Notes under the pieces: model-generated
What the model saw: the letters and a program-made list of their open reading frames with translations, nothing else
Database searches by the model: none
Told to the model about the DNA's origin: nothing
Origin: Rhodothermales bacterium
Lineage (GTDB): Bacteria > Bacteroidota > Rhodothermia > Rhodothermales > Bin80
Length of the DNA: 64,000 bases
Reading direction: 5' to 3'
Assembly: GCA_965218495.1 (NCBI GenBank)
Contig: OZ244626.1
Coordinates: 2,352,196 to 2,416,195 of the forward strand
Position numbers and translations under genes: made by a program
Shown here: positions 20,039-29,516 of the stretch, piece by piece
How positions within the stretch are numbered: the first letter of the stretch is position 1
Layout: each line of letters begins with the position of its first letter

Positions 20039-20884
20039 ATGACTCGACGCAAAGATCCCGTGCTCACTGGCGCCTCGAAGGCAAATTTCCGCCCGTACTT
20101 CCTGTTGTCGGTCGTCGCCGCCCTGGTCTGTATCCTGGCCCTTGAAACTGGGTGCGGTAGCCTTGGAATCGCCGAAACCCAGGTGCTCAGCATGCAGAAA
20201 GGGGACTCGCTAGTCTATTTGGCCGTGGAGGAGCTGCCTCAGCCTATCGGCGGCCTGGGCGCGCTGGCAGGCCAAATCAAGATTCCTGATACGGCATGGG
20301 AGGCTGGCGTTGAAGGAAAAGTGTTACTGGACATTGTCGTTGACCAGCAGGGCAACGTGTCCGATGCCAAAGTATCACTTGGGCTCGGGGCAGGGCTTGA
20401 CGCAGAAGCCCTACGGGTGGTGTTACAGGCCTAGTTCACGCCTGGCCGTCAGGATGGAAAAGCAGTCAAGGTCCGGATGACTCTCCCGATACCGTTCAAG
20501 CTCAGCGAGTCAAGTGAGCCAGCAGAACCGTCGGATAGCGGAGCTGGTGACGCAGCCCCGCAGGAATTTCGCATACTTGACCAGCTGCCAAGACTAGTTG
20601 GTGGCCTCCGCGCACTGTCTCGCCAAATCAATTACCCGGAAAGCGCACGAAGGGCTGGCACTGAAGGGGAGGTACTTGTCTCATTCGTCGTAGACGAGCA
20701 AGGCAATGTCGTGAATCCTAAGATTGAGCAGGGCATTGGCGGTGGGTGTGACGAGGAAGCACTGCGTGTAATACGCTTGGCTAGGTTCATTCCTGGACAA
20801 CAAAAGGATGGTGTGCCGGTAAAGGTTAGAATTGCTATCCCGATCCAGTTTAAGCTTGGGCGCGGATATGGGCTCCGTTTCTAA
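20039..20884 (+). pseudogene. Dual TonB_C lipoprotein paralog 5, with an in-frame TAG and separated from its upstream motif by the IS
   Basis: Track ORFs 20039-20434 and 20477-20884 share one frame. The TAG at 20432-20434 sits where paralogs 3 and 4 have AAG (caggccTAGttcacgcc versus caggccAAGttcacgcc in paralog 4; LQA*FTPGRQDGKAVKV). Confidence 0.8.
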
Positions 20885-21544
20885 ATGAGAATGGTGCAAT
20901 AGCCTCGCCTTCCCTTGGCTGCGCGACCAGTCCACCGCGATCGGTCCTGAGATGTCATAGCTAGTCAGCGGATCTCCCCCGCAAGACCTCAAATGCCGGT
21001 CCCTACCTTAGGATGAGGATTGCTGCAGGCCTGCTCTTCACATCGTTGCATAAGCCGGAATGTGCCAGCCCGGATGCATCGGCTGGGCAAACACGCAGAA
21101 TAGGCCAACGGGCGCAAGCTAAGAGCAAAGCTAGCGTCAAAGCCTACCCGGCAATCATGTTCGAAAAAGCCGATCCCCTCCCCAGCGAGTGGCCGGTAGC
21201 AGACAGCAAGCGAACAGAGTTCGCCCACGCCCTTGCCACAGAGTATGGAAGGACTCCGAAACCAGTCGGTGGATGGCATCAGCGGCAACTCGGTAGCGCA
21301 GCCAGCGCTGATTCGCGCCAGCTTGGACTCACGCTTGGATGTGCAGCTGGACAACCCAGCCCTACAAGAGTGTAGATGTCATCGCTCGCAACGCAACGGC
21401 TACGCCGCAATTTTTGGATGGGGCGCAACTTTTCTGTGCGAACGTGTTCTAATGATAGTAGAGAGCGCACAAAACCTTCCCACCGTGTCGTCTAGTGCAC
21501 TATCTTCTACACGTTAGCGTCTAACCAACCTATTGTGAACCATC

Positions 21545-22207
21545 ATGGCATTGCGTAAATCTCCTATGGCTGACCTTCGGCAGTGGTACGGCATGTCCGT
21601 TCAGGTCGGCATGGCTATCGCTCTTTTGCTCCTCGTCTTCGCCTTTAGCGCCAATCTCGATCGTGGCGACACGATGAATCTCGAGCAGCTCGACCAAGAG
21701 GTGGTGCAGATGGAAGAGATCCTGCAAACTAAGCAGATCCAGAAGCCGCCGCCACCGCCGCGCCCGCCCGTACCTGTTGAGGTGCCCAATGACCAGGTCC
21801 TAGAAGACGACGATCTGGACCTTGACGCTTCGCTAGACATTGATGAGCCGCTTTCGGCCCTGCCGCCTCCGCCACTAGCCGAGGAAGAGGAAGAAGAGCC
21901 GGAGCCTGAGATCTTCACGGTCGTAGAGGAGCAACCCGCGCTCATCGGCGGGCCCGCTGCGTTGCAGACCAATCTCAAGTACCCTGAAATCGCCCGTAAG
22001 GCTGGCGTTGAAGGCAGAGTATTCGTCCAGTTTGTCGTTGACAAGCAGGGCAACGTGTCCGATGCCGCGGTGGTCCGCGGCATCGGGGCAGGCTGTGACC
22101 AAGAAGCCCTCCGCGTGATTAGCCAGGCTAAATTCACACCCGGACGTCAGCGGGGCAAAGCGGTAAAGGTCCAGATGACCGTTTTTATTCAGTTTAGGCT
22201 GCGATAG
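21545..22207 (+). CDS. tonB: Energy transducer TonB (canonical architecture)
   Basis: 220-aa ORF with an N-terminal TM anchor (VQVGMAIALLLLVFAF), a proline-rich spacer (QKPPPPPRPPVPVEVP), an acidic linker and one TonB_C domain. Confidence 0.85.
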   Translation: MALRKSPMADLRQWYGMSVQVGMAIALLLLVFAFSANLDRGDTMNLEQLDQEVVQMEEILQTKQIQKPPPPPRPPVPVEVPNDQVLEDDDLDLDASLDIDEPLSALPPPPLAEEEEEEPEPEIFTVVEEQPALIGGPAALQTNLKYPEIARKAGVEGRVFVQFVVDKQGNVSDAAVVRGIGAGCDQEALRVISQAKFTPGRQRGKAVKVQMTVFIQFRLR

Positions 22208-22286
22208 CGCGCACCAACTGCGCAAAATCGCCCTGTAGCCACATGGCTGCAGGGCGCTTTTTCTTGTGGCTAACCGGCCGGGTCAG

Positions 22287-22976
22287 CTACCACGCGTGGT
22301 GCTCGCAGCCGCCATCCATCGTTCCCATGAGCACATCGGTGGCCATACCTACAAAGAGGCCATGGTCAAGCACACCCGGGGTGCGCAGCAGTGCCACATC
22401 CAGTGCAGACGGGTCACTGATCTGCTGGAAGAAAGCATCAACAATCCAGAGTCCCTGATCCGTCACCACCGGTCCGTCTTTGCGTACACCCATGCGCAAT
22501 TCCGGGCGTCCACCGAGCCCGGAAAGCGCACGCATGACCGGGCCCACGGCCATCGGCAAGACCTCCACTGGCACGGGCATGTGGATGCCAAGCCTTGAAA
22601 CGCGCTTGGAGGCATCAATTAGCACGACGAAACGTGTGGCTAGGGCCGCGACAACCTTTTCGCGCGTGTGTGCTGCGCCGCGCCCTTTGATGAGATTGCC
22701 CTCCGGGTCAACCTCATCAGCCCCATCCAAGGCAATGTCAAGACGCTGAATGTCTTCCAGCCCGATAAGGGGAATATGATGCTCGCGCGCCAGTCGCTCC
22801 GCAGCACTGGACGTCGGTGTCCCTACGATCTGAAGCCCTTCGTCGCGAATCCTTCGCCCGAGTGCTGCTACAGCGAATGCCGTAGTAGAACCGGTCCCCA
22901 GTCCGATGCGCTGTCCGTCCTCGACCAGCATCGCCGCAGCCTCACCCGCGGCTTTTTTGGCAGCATCCTGTCCCAT
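22287..22976 (-). CDS. rpiA: Ribose-5-phosphate isomerase A
   Basis: 229-aa ORF with GLGTGSTTAFAV, DGADEVDPEGNLIKGRGAAHTREK. Confidence 0.9.
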   Translation of the reverse strand: MGQDAAKKAAGEAAAMLVEDGQRIGLGTGSTTAFAVAALGRRIRDEGLQIVGTPTSSAAERLAREHHIPLIGLEDIQRLDIALDGADEVDPEGNLIKGRGAAHTREKVVAALATRFVVLIDASKRVSRLGIHMPVPVEVLPMAVGPVMRALSGLGGRPELRMGVRKDGPVVTDQGLWIVDAFFQQISDPSALDVALLRTPGVLDHGLFVGMATDVLMGTMDGGCEHHAW

Positions 22977-22981
22977 GGGCG

Positions 22982-24202
22982 CTATTCGTGCCGTAGCGCC
23001 TCAATAGGATCAAGCCCTGCTGCCTTGTAGGCTGGGTACACTCCGAAGATCAGCGCGATGCCAGTTACGCCACCTACGGCCACAAGAGCCCAAAGCCACG
23101 GAAAGACAAATGGTGTCTTGGCAAAATACCCCACCAAGTTGCCACCTCCGGCACCCGCCAGGATTCCGATGATCCCCCCAATCTGGCACAGAAACATCGC
23201 CTCGTAGAGAAACTGGCGCAAGACGTCTCGCCTGCGGGCACCTACTGCCTTTCGTATGCCAATTTCGCGTGTGCGCTCCGTCACAGAAACCAGCATAATA
23301 TTCATGATTCCAATGCCAGCGGCCAAGAGCGTGATCAGGCCTATTGCAGCCCCGCCCTTGGCAATGCTGTTGGTAAACTTGGTAATCTCGCCGACAATGC
23401 CTTCGTTGCTGACGATTTCGAAATTATTTTCTTCACCCGGTTTGACGCGCCGGATGACGCGCAACAGGCCAATGGATTCCTCCATGGTTGCATCCAGCAT
23501 TTGCATGTTGACAGCGCGGACTTTGATTTGCACGTCCCAATTGGAGCCGCCATACAGCATGATCATGCGCGTAATTGGCACGATTGACAGCATGTCAAAG
23601 TTCTGGCCAAACACCTCTCCCTTTTCTTCAAGCACACCTACAACCTGGTATCGGTTGCCACTCAGGATGACATCCTTGCCGATGGGCGTTTCGGTCGGAA
23701 ACAGCTCGTCAGCCAAGTCATAGCCTATCACGGCCACAGGGCGCGAGAGATGAACATCCTGTTCCGTCAGAAACCGCCCCTGAGACATTTCGAAGCCATT
23801 GTTGCCCAGAAAATGCTGGTTTGATCCGATGAAAATCACTACCGGATCAGTCTCCTTGTTACGATACCGTGCCTCAACCATCCATCCTCCCATGGAAGCA
23901 CTCACGGCCGCAGGCAATACGCTGCGCTGGGCAAGCTGCTCCATCTGCCTGTAGGTAAGCCGCTGGCGGCCACGGACGCCGGTGCCGCTTCGCGAAAAAG
24001 TATCCCTGCGTTCAACCGAATAGGTCGTTGACCCAAAGGATTCTACCGCAGTGGTGGCACTGGATTTGATGACCTCAACAGCGGTTACCGCCACTATGAT
24101 GGCAAAGACCCCAATTACCATGCCCAGCAGCGTGAGCGCCGAACGGAGCTTGTGACTGCGCACGGTTTCCCATGCCAACCGAATGAATTCAAATTTGATC
24201 AT
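22982..24202 (-). CDS. ABC transporter permease, MacB-like (periplasmic domain + FtsX), copy A1
   Basis: 406-aa ORF with an N-terminal TM helix (LRSALTLLGMVIGVFAIIVAV) and C-terminal FtsX motifs (SVTERTREIGIRKAVGARRRDV). Confidence 0.85.
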   Translation of the reverse strand: MIKFEFIRLAWETVRSHKLRSALTLLGMVIGVFAIIVAVTAVEVIKSSATTAVESFGSTTYSVERRDTFSRSGTGVRGRQRLTYRQMEQLAQRSVLPAAVSASMGGWMVEARYRNKETDPVVIFIGSNQHFLGNNGFEMSQGRFLTEQDVHLSRPVAVIGYDLADELFPTETPIGKDVILSGNRYQVVGVLEEKGEVFGQNFDMLSIVPITRMIMLYGGSNWDVQIKVRAVNMQMLDATMEESIGLLRVIRRVKPGEENNFEIVSNEGIVGEITKFTNSIAKGGAAIGLITLLAAGIGIMNIMLVSVTERTREIGIRKAVGARRRDVLRQFLYEAMFLCQIGGIIGILAGAGGGNLVGYFAKTPFVFPWLWALVAVGGVTGIALIFGVYPAYKAAGLDPIEALRHE

Positions 24203-24207
24203 GGCCT

Positions 24208-25437
24208 CTAGCCGTAGCGGAGTGCATCAATAGGACTCTGACGGGCAGCATTCCACGCGGGCACAAGGCCAAAGATGATCCCGACGCCGACGCAGATGCC
24301 AAAGGCCAGCCCGATGGTTCCGGGTGCCAGTACCGCCGGTATGTAGCGAGCAATAAGCTCTGTCACACCTGCAGCAACCCCTACGCCGATCAGGCCCGCA
24401 AAGAGGCAGACACCCACGGCCTCCAGCAGAAACTGGGTCATAATTGCGCGCCGCTTCGCGCCGACTGCCTTACGGATGCCAATCTCTTTCGTGCGCTCCT
24501 TCACCGATACAAACATGATGTTCATCACACCAATGCCCCCTACTAGGAGCGCGAGACTTGTAAGAAAGATGCCGATGGCGTATGTGATGCCTTTGATCTG
24601 CCCGACGACTTCTTCGAACATCTGTGTTCGGTTGATAGCAAAATTGCTTTCCTCCATGGCGTCAACGCCGCGCGCTGCACGAACAATGCCAGTTACCTCA
24701 TCCTCTGCCTTATCAAGCACTTCGGCAGACGCTGCCCTGATTTCTATCCTTGCGCTTCGGAAGCGGCCAAAGAATTTCGTGAAGGTTCTCAGCGGCAACT
24801 GAACCTGATCGTCAAACGAAAACATGCCCATGAACTTGCCTTGCTGCGCCATAACACCTATGACCTCAAAGCGGTTGCCTCCTATGCGAACTCGCTTGCC
24901 AAGCGGCTGCTCATTGGGAAAGAGTTCTTCGGCAACATGGGCCCCAATGACGACCACGGGCTTACCCGTCTGGTTTTCAAGCTCCGTGTACCAGCGGCCC
25001 GAATCCAGATCGACATCCATAACGCGGGTGATCTCCGCGGTGGAGCCCTGCGTGTAAATGCCGTATAACGTCCTACTGCGGTACTTGACGGGCCGGACCG
25101 TCTGTACGGTGGGCGCCACTGCAGCTACGTATTTGGCCTGGCTTCTGATGTCGTCGGCCAGTCCCAATTCAATTCTGGGCCGGTTCCGCTGCTTCCTTTC
25201 CTCGCTGGGGGACTTAAACCAAGATTCCTTTTCGACATAAAGGACATTGGTACCCAACATCGCAAGCGAGTCCTCAAACTCCTGCTCCAACCCGGTTATG
25301 ATCGTAAACATCGCGGTCACGGTAACAATGCCTATGACGATGCCCAGCATCGTCAGTAGACTGCGCAACTTCTGCGACATAAGTGATCGGACCGCAATAT
25401 GAAGGGCTTCCGAGAGCTCTACAAGAAACCGCGTCAC
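24208..25437 (-). CDS. ABC transporter permease, MacB-like, copy B1
   Basis: Track ORF 24208-25500. I placed the start at the GTG at 25437 by alignment with copy B2 (TRFLVELSEALHIAVRSL versus VAKVFVEFWEGLAIAGRSM). FtsX motif: SVKERTKEIGIRKAVGAKRRAI. Confidence 0.8.
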   Translation of the reverse strand: MTRFLVELSEALHIAVRSLMSQKLRSLLTMLGIVIGIVTVTAMFTIITGLEQEFEDSLAMLGTNVLYVEKESWFKSPSEERKQRNRPRIELGLADDIRSQAKYVAAVAPTVQTVRPVKYRSRTLYGIYTQGSTAEITRVMDVDLDSGRWYTELENQTGKPVVVIGAHVAEELFPNEQPLGKRVRIGGNRFEVIGVMAQQGKFMGMFSFDDQVQLPLRTFTKFFGRFRSARIEIRAASAEVLDKAEDEVTGIVRAARGVDAMEESNFAINRTQMFEEVVGQIKGITYAIGIFLTSLALLVGGIGVMNIMFVSVKERTKEIGIRKAVGAKRRAIMTQFLLEAVGVCLFAGLIGVGVAAGVTELIARYIPAVLAPGTIGLAFGICVGVGIIFGLVPAWNAARQSPIDALRYG

Positions 25438-25760
25438 GACTAGGCTGGCTAATTCTCGGTGATAAAGCGCCGGGGCTATGGCTACAGGACCGCTGCACAA
25501 CGCATGATCCTCGCCTGAAACGCAGCTTCCAAGCTAATGATCGCGAAATATAGGAAAGAACGACAGCCTGTTCACGAGGCCATGCATGCAGGACTCAGGA
25601 GCAACGACTCCCATGGGATCAGCGCACTTGAATTAGCCTCTCGGGCTCGCCTGACTGCAAATGCCACGCGGCCCGCATCCGTGACAGCCTACTTCGGGCC
25701 TACTTATGTGCTCGCTGCTTTATCGTTCTGGGAAAGGCGGGTCACCGGTAGCTTTGCGTC

Positions 25761-26984
25761 CTATTCGTGACGCAACGCCTCAATAGGGTCAAGCCGCGCC
25801 GCCTTGGAAGCAGGGTATACGCCAAAGACGATAGCGATCCCGGTAACCGCCAGCGTTGCCCCAATTGCCCACATCCACGGGAAAACAAACGAGGTCTTAA
25901 ACACGAAGCCCAGGAGGTTGCCCCCCGCAGCGCCCGCCATGATCCCGATGATCCCGCCAATCTGGCATAGAAAGATGGCTTCATACAGAAACTGTTGCAG
26001 CACATCGCGGCGGCGCGCGCCTACCGCCTTGCGAACCCCAATTTCACGCGTGCGCTCGGTCACCGATACCAACATGATGTTCATGATACCGATGCCGGCC
26101 GCAAAGAGCGTGATCAGACCTACCGCCGCGCCGCCCAGCGCAATCTTGCCGGTAAACTGACCAATCTGTTCAACAATGCTTTGGTTGCTTTCGGCCTCGA
26201 AGTCGTTTTCTTCGCCCGGCCCAACGCCTCGGATCACACGCAGGATGCCTATGGTCTCATCCATGGTTGCCTCCAGGTCCTGCATGCTGGGCGCGCGCAC
26301 GGCGATATCGATGTCGCGCCGAGCCGCGCTGTACAGGTTGATCATGCGCGTGATAGGCACCAGCGCAATCATATCGACATTTTGACCGAACGCGTCACCT
26401 TTTTCCGCCATCACCCCGATGACGCTGTATCGGTAGCCATCAATGACAATGTCCTTGCCGATGGCCTTCTCGTTGGGAAAGAGCTCATCTTCCACATCGG
26501 CGCCGATGACCGCTACCGGCCTGGCCAAATGCACATCCTGTTCTCCCAGAAACCGGCCCTCGGACATGTCAAACCCGTAGCTGCCAAGCCAGAATTCATT
26601 CGATCCCAGGAACATCACAGATGGCTCGGTCTTCAGGCCAGCGGCGCGTGCCTCGACCCCAGAACCCCTCCTCATTTCCGGGCTGATCCCAATTGGAAGC
26701 TCGGCTAACTTGGCCAGCCGTTCGGCCTCGTCATAGGTCAGGTTTCGCCTCGGACGCCATCTACCTCCACGCTGCTGAAATCCGTGCCTGCTGGAGACAG
26801 TAAAGGTGGTAGCACCGAACGACTCTACGGTGCCGGTGGCACTGGATTTGATGACCTCAACGGCCGTCACCGCGACGATAATTGCGAACACGCCGATTAC
26901 CATCCCCAAGAGTGTCAGCGCGCTCCGCAACTTGTGGCTGCGCACCGACTCCCAGGCCAGTCGTACAAACTCCAGGTTTATCAT
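25761..26984 (-). CDS. ABC transporter permease, MacB-like, copy A2 (paralog of A1)
   Basis: 407-aa ORF, collinear with 22982-24202. The first TM segment is identical at protein level (LRSALTLLGMVIGVFAIIVAVTAVEVIKSSAT). Confidence 0.85.
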   Translation of the reverse strand: MINLEFVRLAWESVRSHKLRSALTLLGMVIGVFAIIVAVTAVEVIKSSATGTVESFGATTFTVSSRHGFQQRGGRWRPRRNLTYDEAERLAKLAELPIGISPEMRRGSGVEARAAGLKTEPSVMFLGSNEFWLGSYGFDMSEGRFLGEQDVHLARPVAVIGADVEDELFPNEKAIGKDIVIDGYRYSVIGVMAEKGDAFGQNVDMIALVPITRMINLYSAARRDIDIAVRAPSMQDLEATMDETIGILRVIRGVGPGEENDFEAESNQSIVEQIGQFTGKIALGGAAVGLITLFAAGIGIMNIMLVSVTERTREIGVRKAVGARRRDVLQQFLYEAIFLCQIGGIIGIMAGAAGGNLLGFVFKTSFVFPWMWAIGATLAVTGIAIVFGVYPASKAARLDPIEALRHE

Positions 26985-26987
26985 GGC

Positions 26988-28223
26988 TCAGCTGTATCGC
27001 AGCGCGTCAATGGGATTGAGTCGCGCTGCATTCCATGCGGGCACGATGCCGAAGGTGATGCCGACACCGACGCATATGCCAAATGCCAGAATCACTGTTC
27101 CCGGTGCCAGGTAGGCCGGTACAAACTGGCTGATGACCAATGTGGCACCGGCGGAGATGGCTACGCCGATGATGCCTGCTCCGACGCATACGCCAATGGC
27201 CTCAGTCAGGAACTGCATCAGGATGGCACGACGAGGTGCCCCAACAGCTTTCCTGATACCTATCTCCCTGGTTCGCTCCTTCACCGATACGAACATGATG
27301 TTCATAACACCAATGCCACCGACGACCAGTGCCAGGCCAGTCAGAAAGATGCCAATGGCGTAAATGGTGGCCTTCACGTCGCCTATCTGGTCCCTAAACG
27401 CTTGAGATTTGTTGATGGAAAAGTTGTTCTCTTCTGTGGCATCAACGCCACGGGCCGCGCGCAAGATGCCGGTGAGCTCGTCTTCCGCCAGGTGCACTAC
27501 ATTGGCGGATGCGGCCTTGACCTCTATGGTGACGCTCCGGTACCGCCCAAAGATGCGCTCAAATGTGCTCAGCGGAATCTGTACCTGGTCATCAAAGGAG
27601 AAAAGGCCCATGAACTTGCCCTGCCGCTTCAGAACCCCAATCACCTCGAATCGCGTGTGCCCGATTCGAATTCGCTTGCCCAACGCTCGCTCGCTGGGAA
27701 ACAATTCTTCCGCGACCTCCGCGCCTAGGACCGCCACCGGCCGTGCCGCATGAAGCTCGGCTTCGGAATACCAACGCCCTGCCTCGAGATCTATTTCGTC
27801 AATCCTGGTGACTTCGGGCGTAGAGCCCTCAATTCTGATGCCATACAGCGCCCGGTCACGGTAGCGAACCGGTCGACTTGAGCTCACAGTCGGTGCTACC
27901 GCGCTCGCGTACTTGGCTTGGGCCCGGATATCGTTCACCAGGTCCTTCGTGATTCTAGGGCGATTGCGTGCCTTGATCCAGTCTGCTTCCGACATAAACC
28001 ACCCGGACCTTTGCACGTACAGGACATTTGTGCCCAGCATGGAGAGCGAATTCTCGAAACTGCGCTCCAGCCCATTGATGATCGTGAACATGCTGGTTAC
28101 GGTGACGATGCCGATGACAATGCCCAGCATCGTCAGGGAGCTACGCAGCTTGTGCGCGAACATCGACCGACCGGCAATTGCCAGTCCCTCCCAGAACTCT
28201 ACGAATACCTTAGCTACGTGCAA
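26988..28223 (-). CDS. ABC transporter permease, MacB-like, copy B2 (paralog of B1)
   Basis: 411-aa ORF, collinear with 24208-25437. Confidence 0.85.
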   Translation of the reverse strand: MHVAKVFVEFWEGLAIAGRSMFAHKLRSSLTMLGIVIGIVTVTSMFTIINGLERSFENSLSMLGTNVLYVQRSGWFMSEADWIKARNRPRITKDLVNDIRAQAKYASAVAPTVSSSRPVRYRDRALYGIRIEGSTPEVTRIDEIDLEAGRWYSEAELHAARPVAVLGAEVAEELFPSERALGKRIRIGHTRFEVIGVLKRQGKFMGLFSFDDQVQIPLSTFERIFGRYRSVTIEVKAASANVVHLAEDELTGILRAARGVDATEENNFSINKSQAFRDQIGDVKATIYAIGIFLTGLALVVGGIGVMNIMFVSVKERTREIGIRKAVGAPRRAILMQFLTEAIGVCVGAGIIGVAISAGATLVISQFVPAYLAPGTVILAFGICVGVGITFGIVPAWNAARLNPIDALRYS

Positions 28224-28362
28224 TTGGAACAGACCCGTCAGTTGTGCCTAATGAGTTGCTACGAAAAGGTGTCCGACGGGTTACAGCGCGCACAACGTTG
28301 TAGACGCGCGGAACATAATCTGGATAGCGAGCGTAAAAACCGGAAAGCCGGTAGCATGCGCT

Positions 28363-28548
28363 GTGAGCAAGCTGGATATCCTTATCGAGTTCTTGCGATT
28401 CTTGCGCGTGCGGAAGAAGTACTGGTTGATTCCGATTGCGTTCGTGCTCCTGTTCTTGAGCCTGCTCATCGTCGCAACGCAAGGCTCCGCCCTTGCGCCA
28501 TTCATTTACGCTTTCTTTTTGGGAAACTTGATGGTTTGTTCGCAGTGA
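28363..28548 (+). CDS. Small membrane protein, DUF5989-like
   Basis: 61-aa ORF MSKLDILIEFLRFLRVRKKYWLIPIAFVLLFLSLLIVATQGSALAPFIYAF. This matches the family pattern as I recall it. Confidence 0.55.
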   Translation: MSKLDILIEFLRFLRVRKKYWLIPIAFVLLFLSLLIVATQGSALAPFIYAFFLGNLMVCSQ

Positions 28549-28603
28549 GCTATGCGGCTACACGCTGCATGCGTCCGCGTAAGTGGCCTGAGACCCTTCG
28601 CTT

Positions 28604-29485
28604 ATGGCAAAGACAATTGCGATAGCCAACCAGAAGGGTGGTGTGGGAAAGACCACCACAGCCATCAATCTTGCCGCATCATTGGCGGTGATGGAGCACC
28701 CCATCCTAGTGGTAGACATGGATCCCCAGGCCAACTGCACCTCGGGACTCGGCTTTGATCCACGAACTTTGGCCCACTCCAGCTATGAGGTCGTCATAGG
28801 CAAGATACCGGCCCGGGACGCCATCCGCCAAACGGCGGTCCCCAACCTGCACCTGTTGCCGGGTAGCATGAACCTGGTTGGTGCTGAAATCGAACTTCTC
28901 AATCTGACTTCCCGCGAGCGCAGGCTTGCGCGTGCCCTTGGCGACACCAAAAGCCGGTATGACTTCGTCATCATTGATTGCCCCCCTTCCCTGGGCCTTT
29001 TGACGCTGAATGCCTTGACCGCCGCGGACTCCGTTCTGATCCCAGTGCAAGCCGAGTACTTCGCCCTCGAAGGGCTGGGACAGCTCCTCAGCACGGTAAA
29101 GAAGCTGAGAAGGAGCTTCAATCCCAACTTGGACATCGAGGGTGTACTGCTGACGCTGTACGATGCCCGCCTACGGCTGTCCAAACAGGTAGCGGCCGAG
29201 GTTAAGCGCTACTTTGATCCGTACGTATTTAGGACTATTGCACAGCGCAATGTGCGCGTAGCAGAGGCACCAAGCTTTGGACAGCCCGTGCTGATGTTTG
29301 ACGGCACCTGCGCTGGCGCCAAGAACCACTTCGCGTTGGCCAAGGAGGTCTTGGCCAAGAATGCGGCTTACCTTCGGCGTCGGCCGACCAAACTTGAGTC
29401 ACCGCCGACCACGGTCTCCAGTAGCGGCGTGCTTCATAAATTCTCCGCGTCATCGACTCGGGGTGGCACTTCGTATAGCGGATAG
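28604..29485 (+). CDS. parA: Chromosome partitioning ATPase ParA/Soj
   Basis: 293-aa ORF with the deviant Walker A NQKGGVGKTTT and DCPPSLG. Confidence 0.9.
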   Translation: MAKTIAIANQKGGVGKTTTAINLAASLAVMEHPILVVDMDPQANCTSGLGFDPRTLAHSSYEVVIGKIPARDAIRQTAVPNLHLLPGSMNLVGAEIELLNLTSRERRLARALGDTKSRYDFVIIDCPPSLGLLTLNALTAADSVLIPVQAEYFALEGLGQLLSTVKKLRRSFNPNLDIEGVLLTLYDARLRLSKQVAAEVKRYFDPYVFRTIAQRNVRVAEAPSFGQPVLMFDGTCAGAKNHFALAKEVLAKNAAYLRRRPTKLESPPTTVSSSGVLHKFSASSTRGGTSYSG

Positions 29486-29516
29486 CTATCCTTCGTGGGC
29501 AGTATAGGAAGGCGCT

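Noticed and set aside
28363-28548. DUF5989-like gene considered as a marker of a carbamoyltransferase/SxtJ-type cluster.
   Set aside because: The partner genes usually adjacent to it, as I recall, are absent here. It sits alone between the permease block and parA, so no cluster claim is justified.
25995-28625. Long plus-strand ORFs (25995-26708, 26784-27728, 27918-28625) opposite the permease genes. Similar ones lie opposite ileS (54988-55854), batD (47089-47712, 46267-46740), batE (47910-48596) and nnr (9040-10190).
   Set aside because: All are antisense to genes with strong family signatures, and they show the skewed composition expected of shadow frames.
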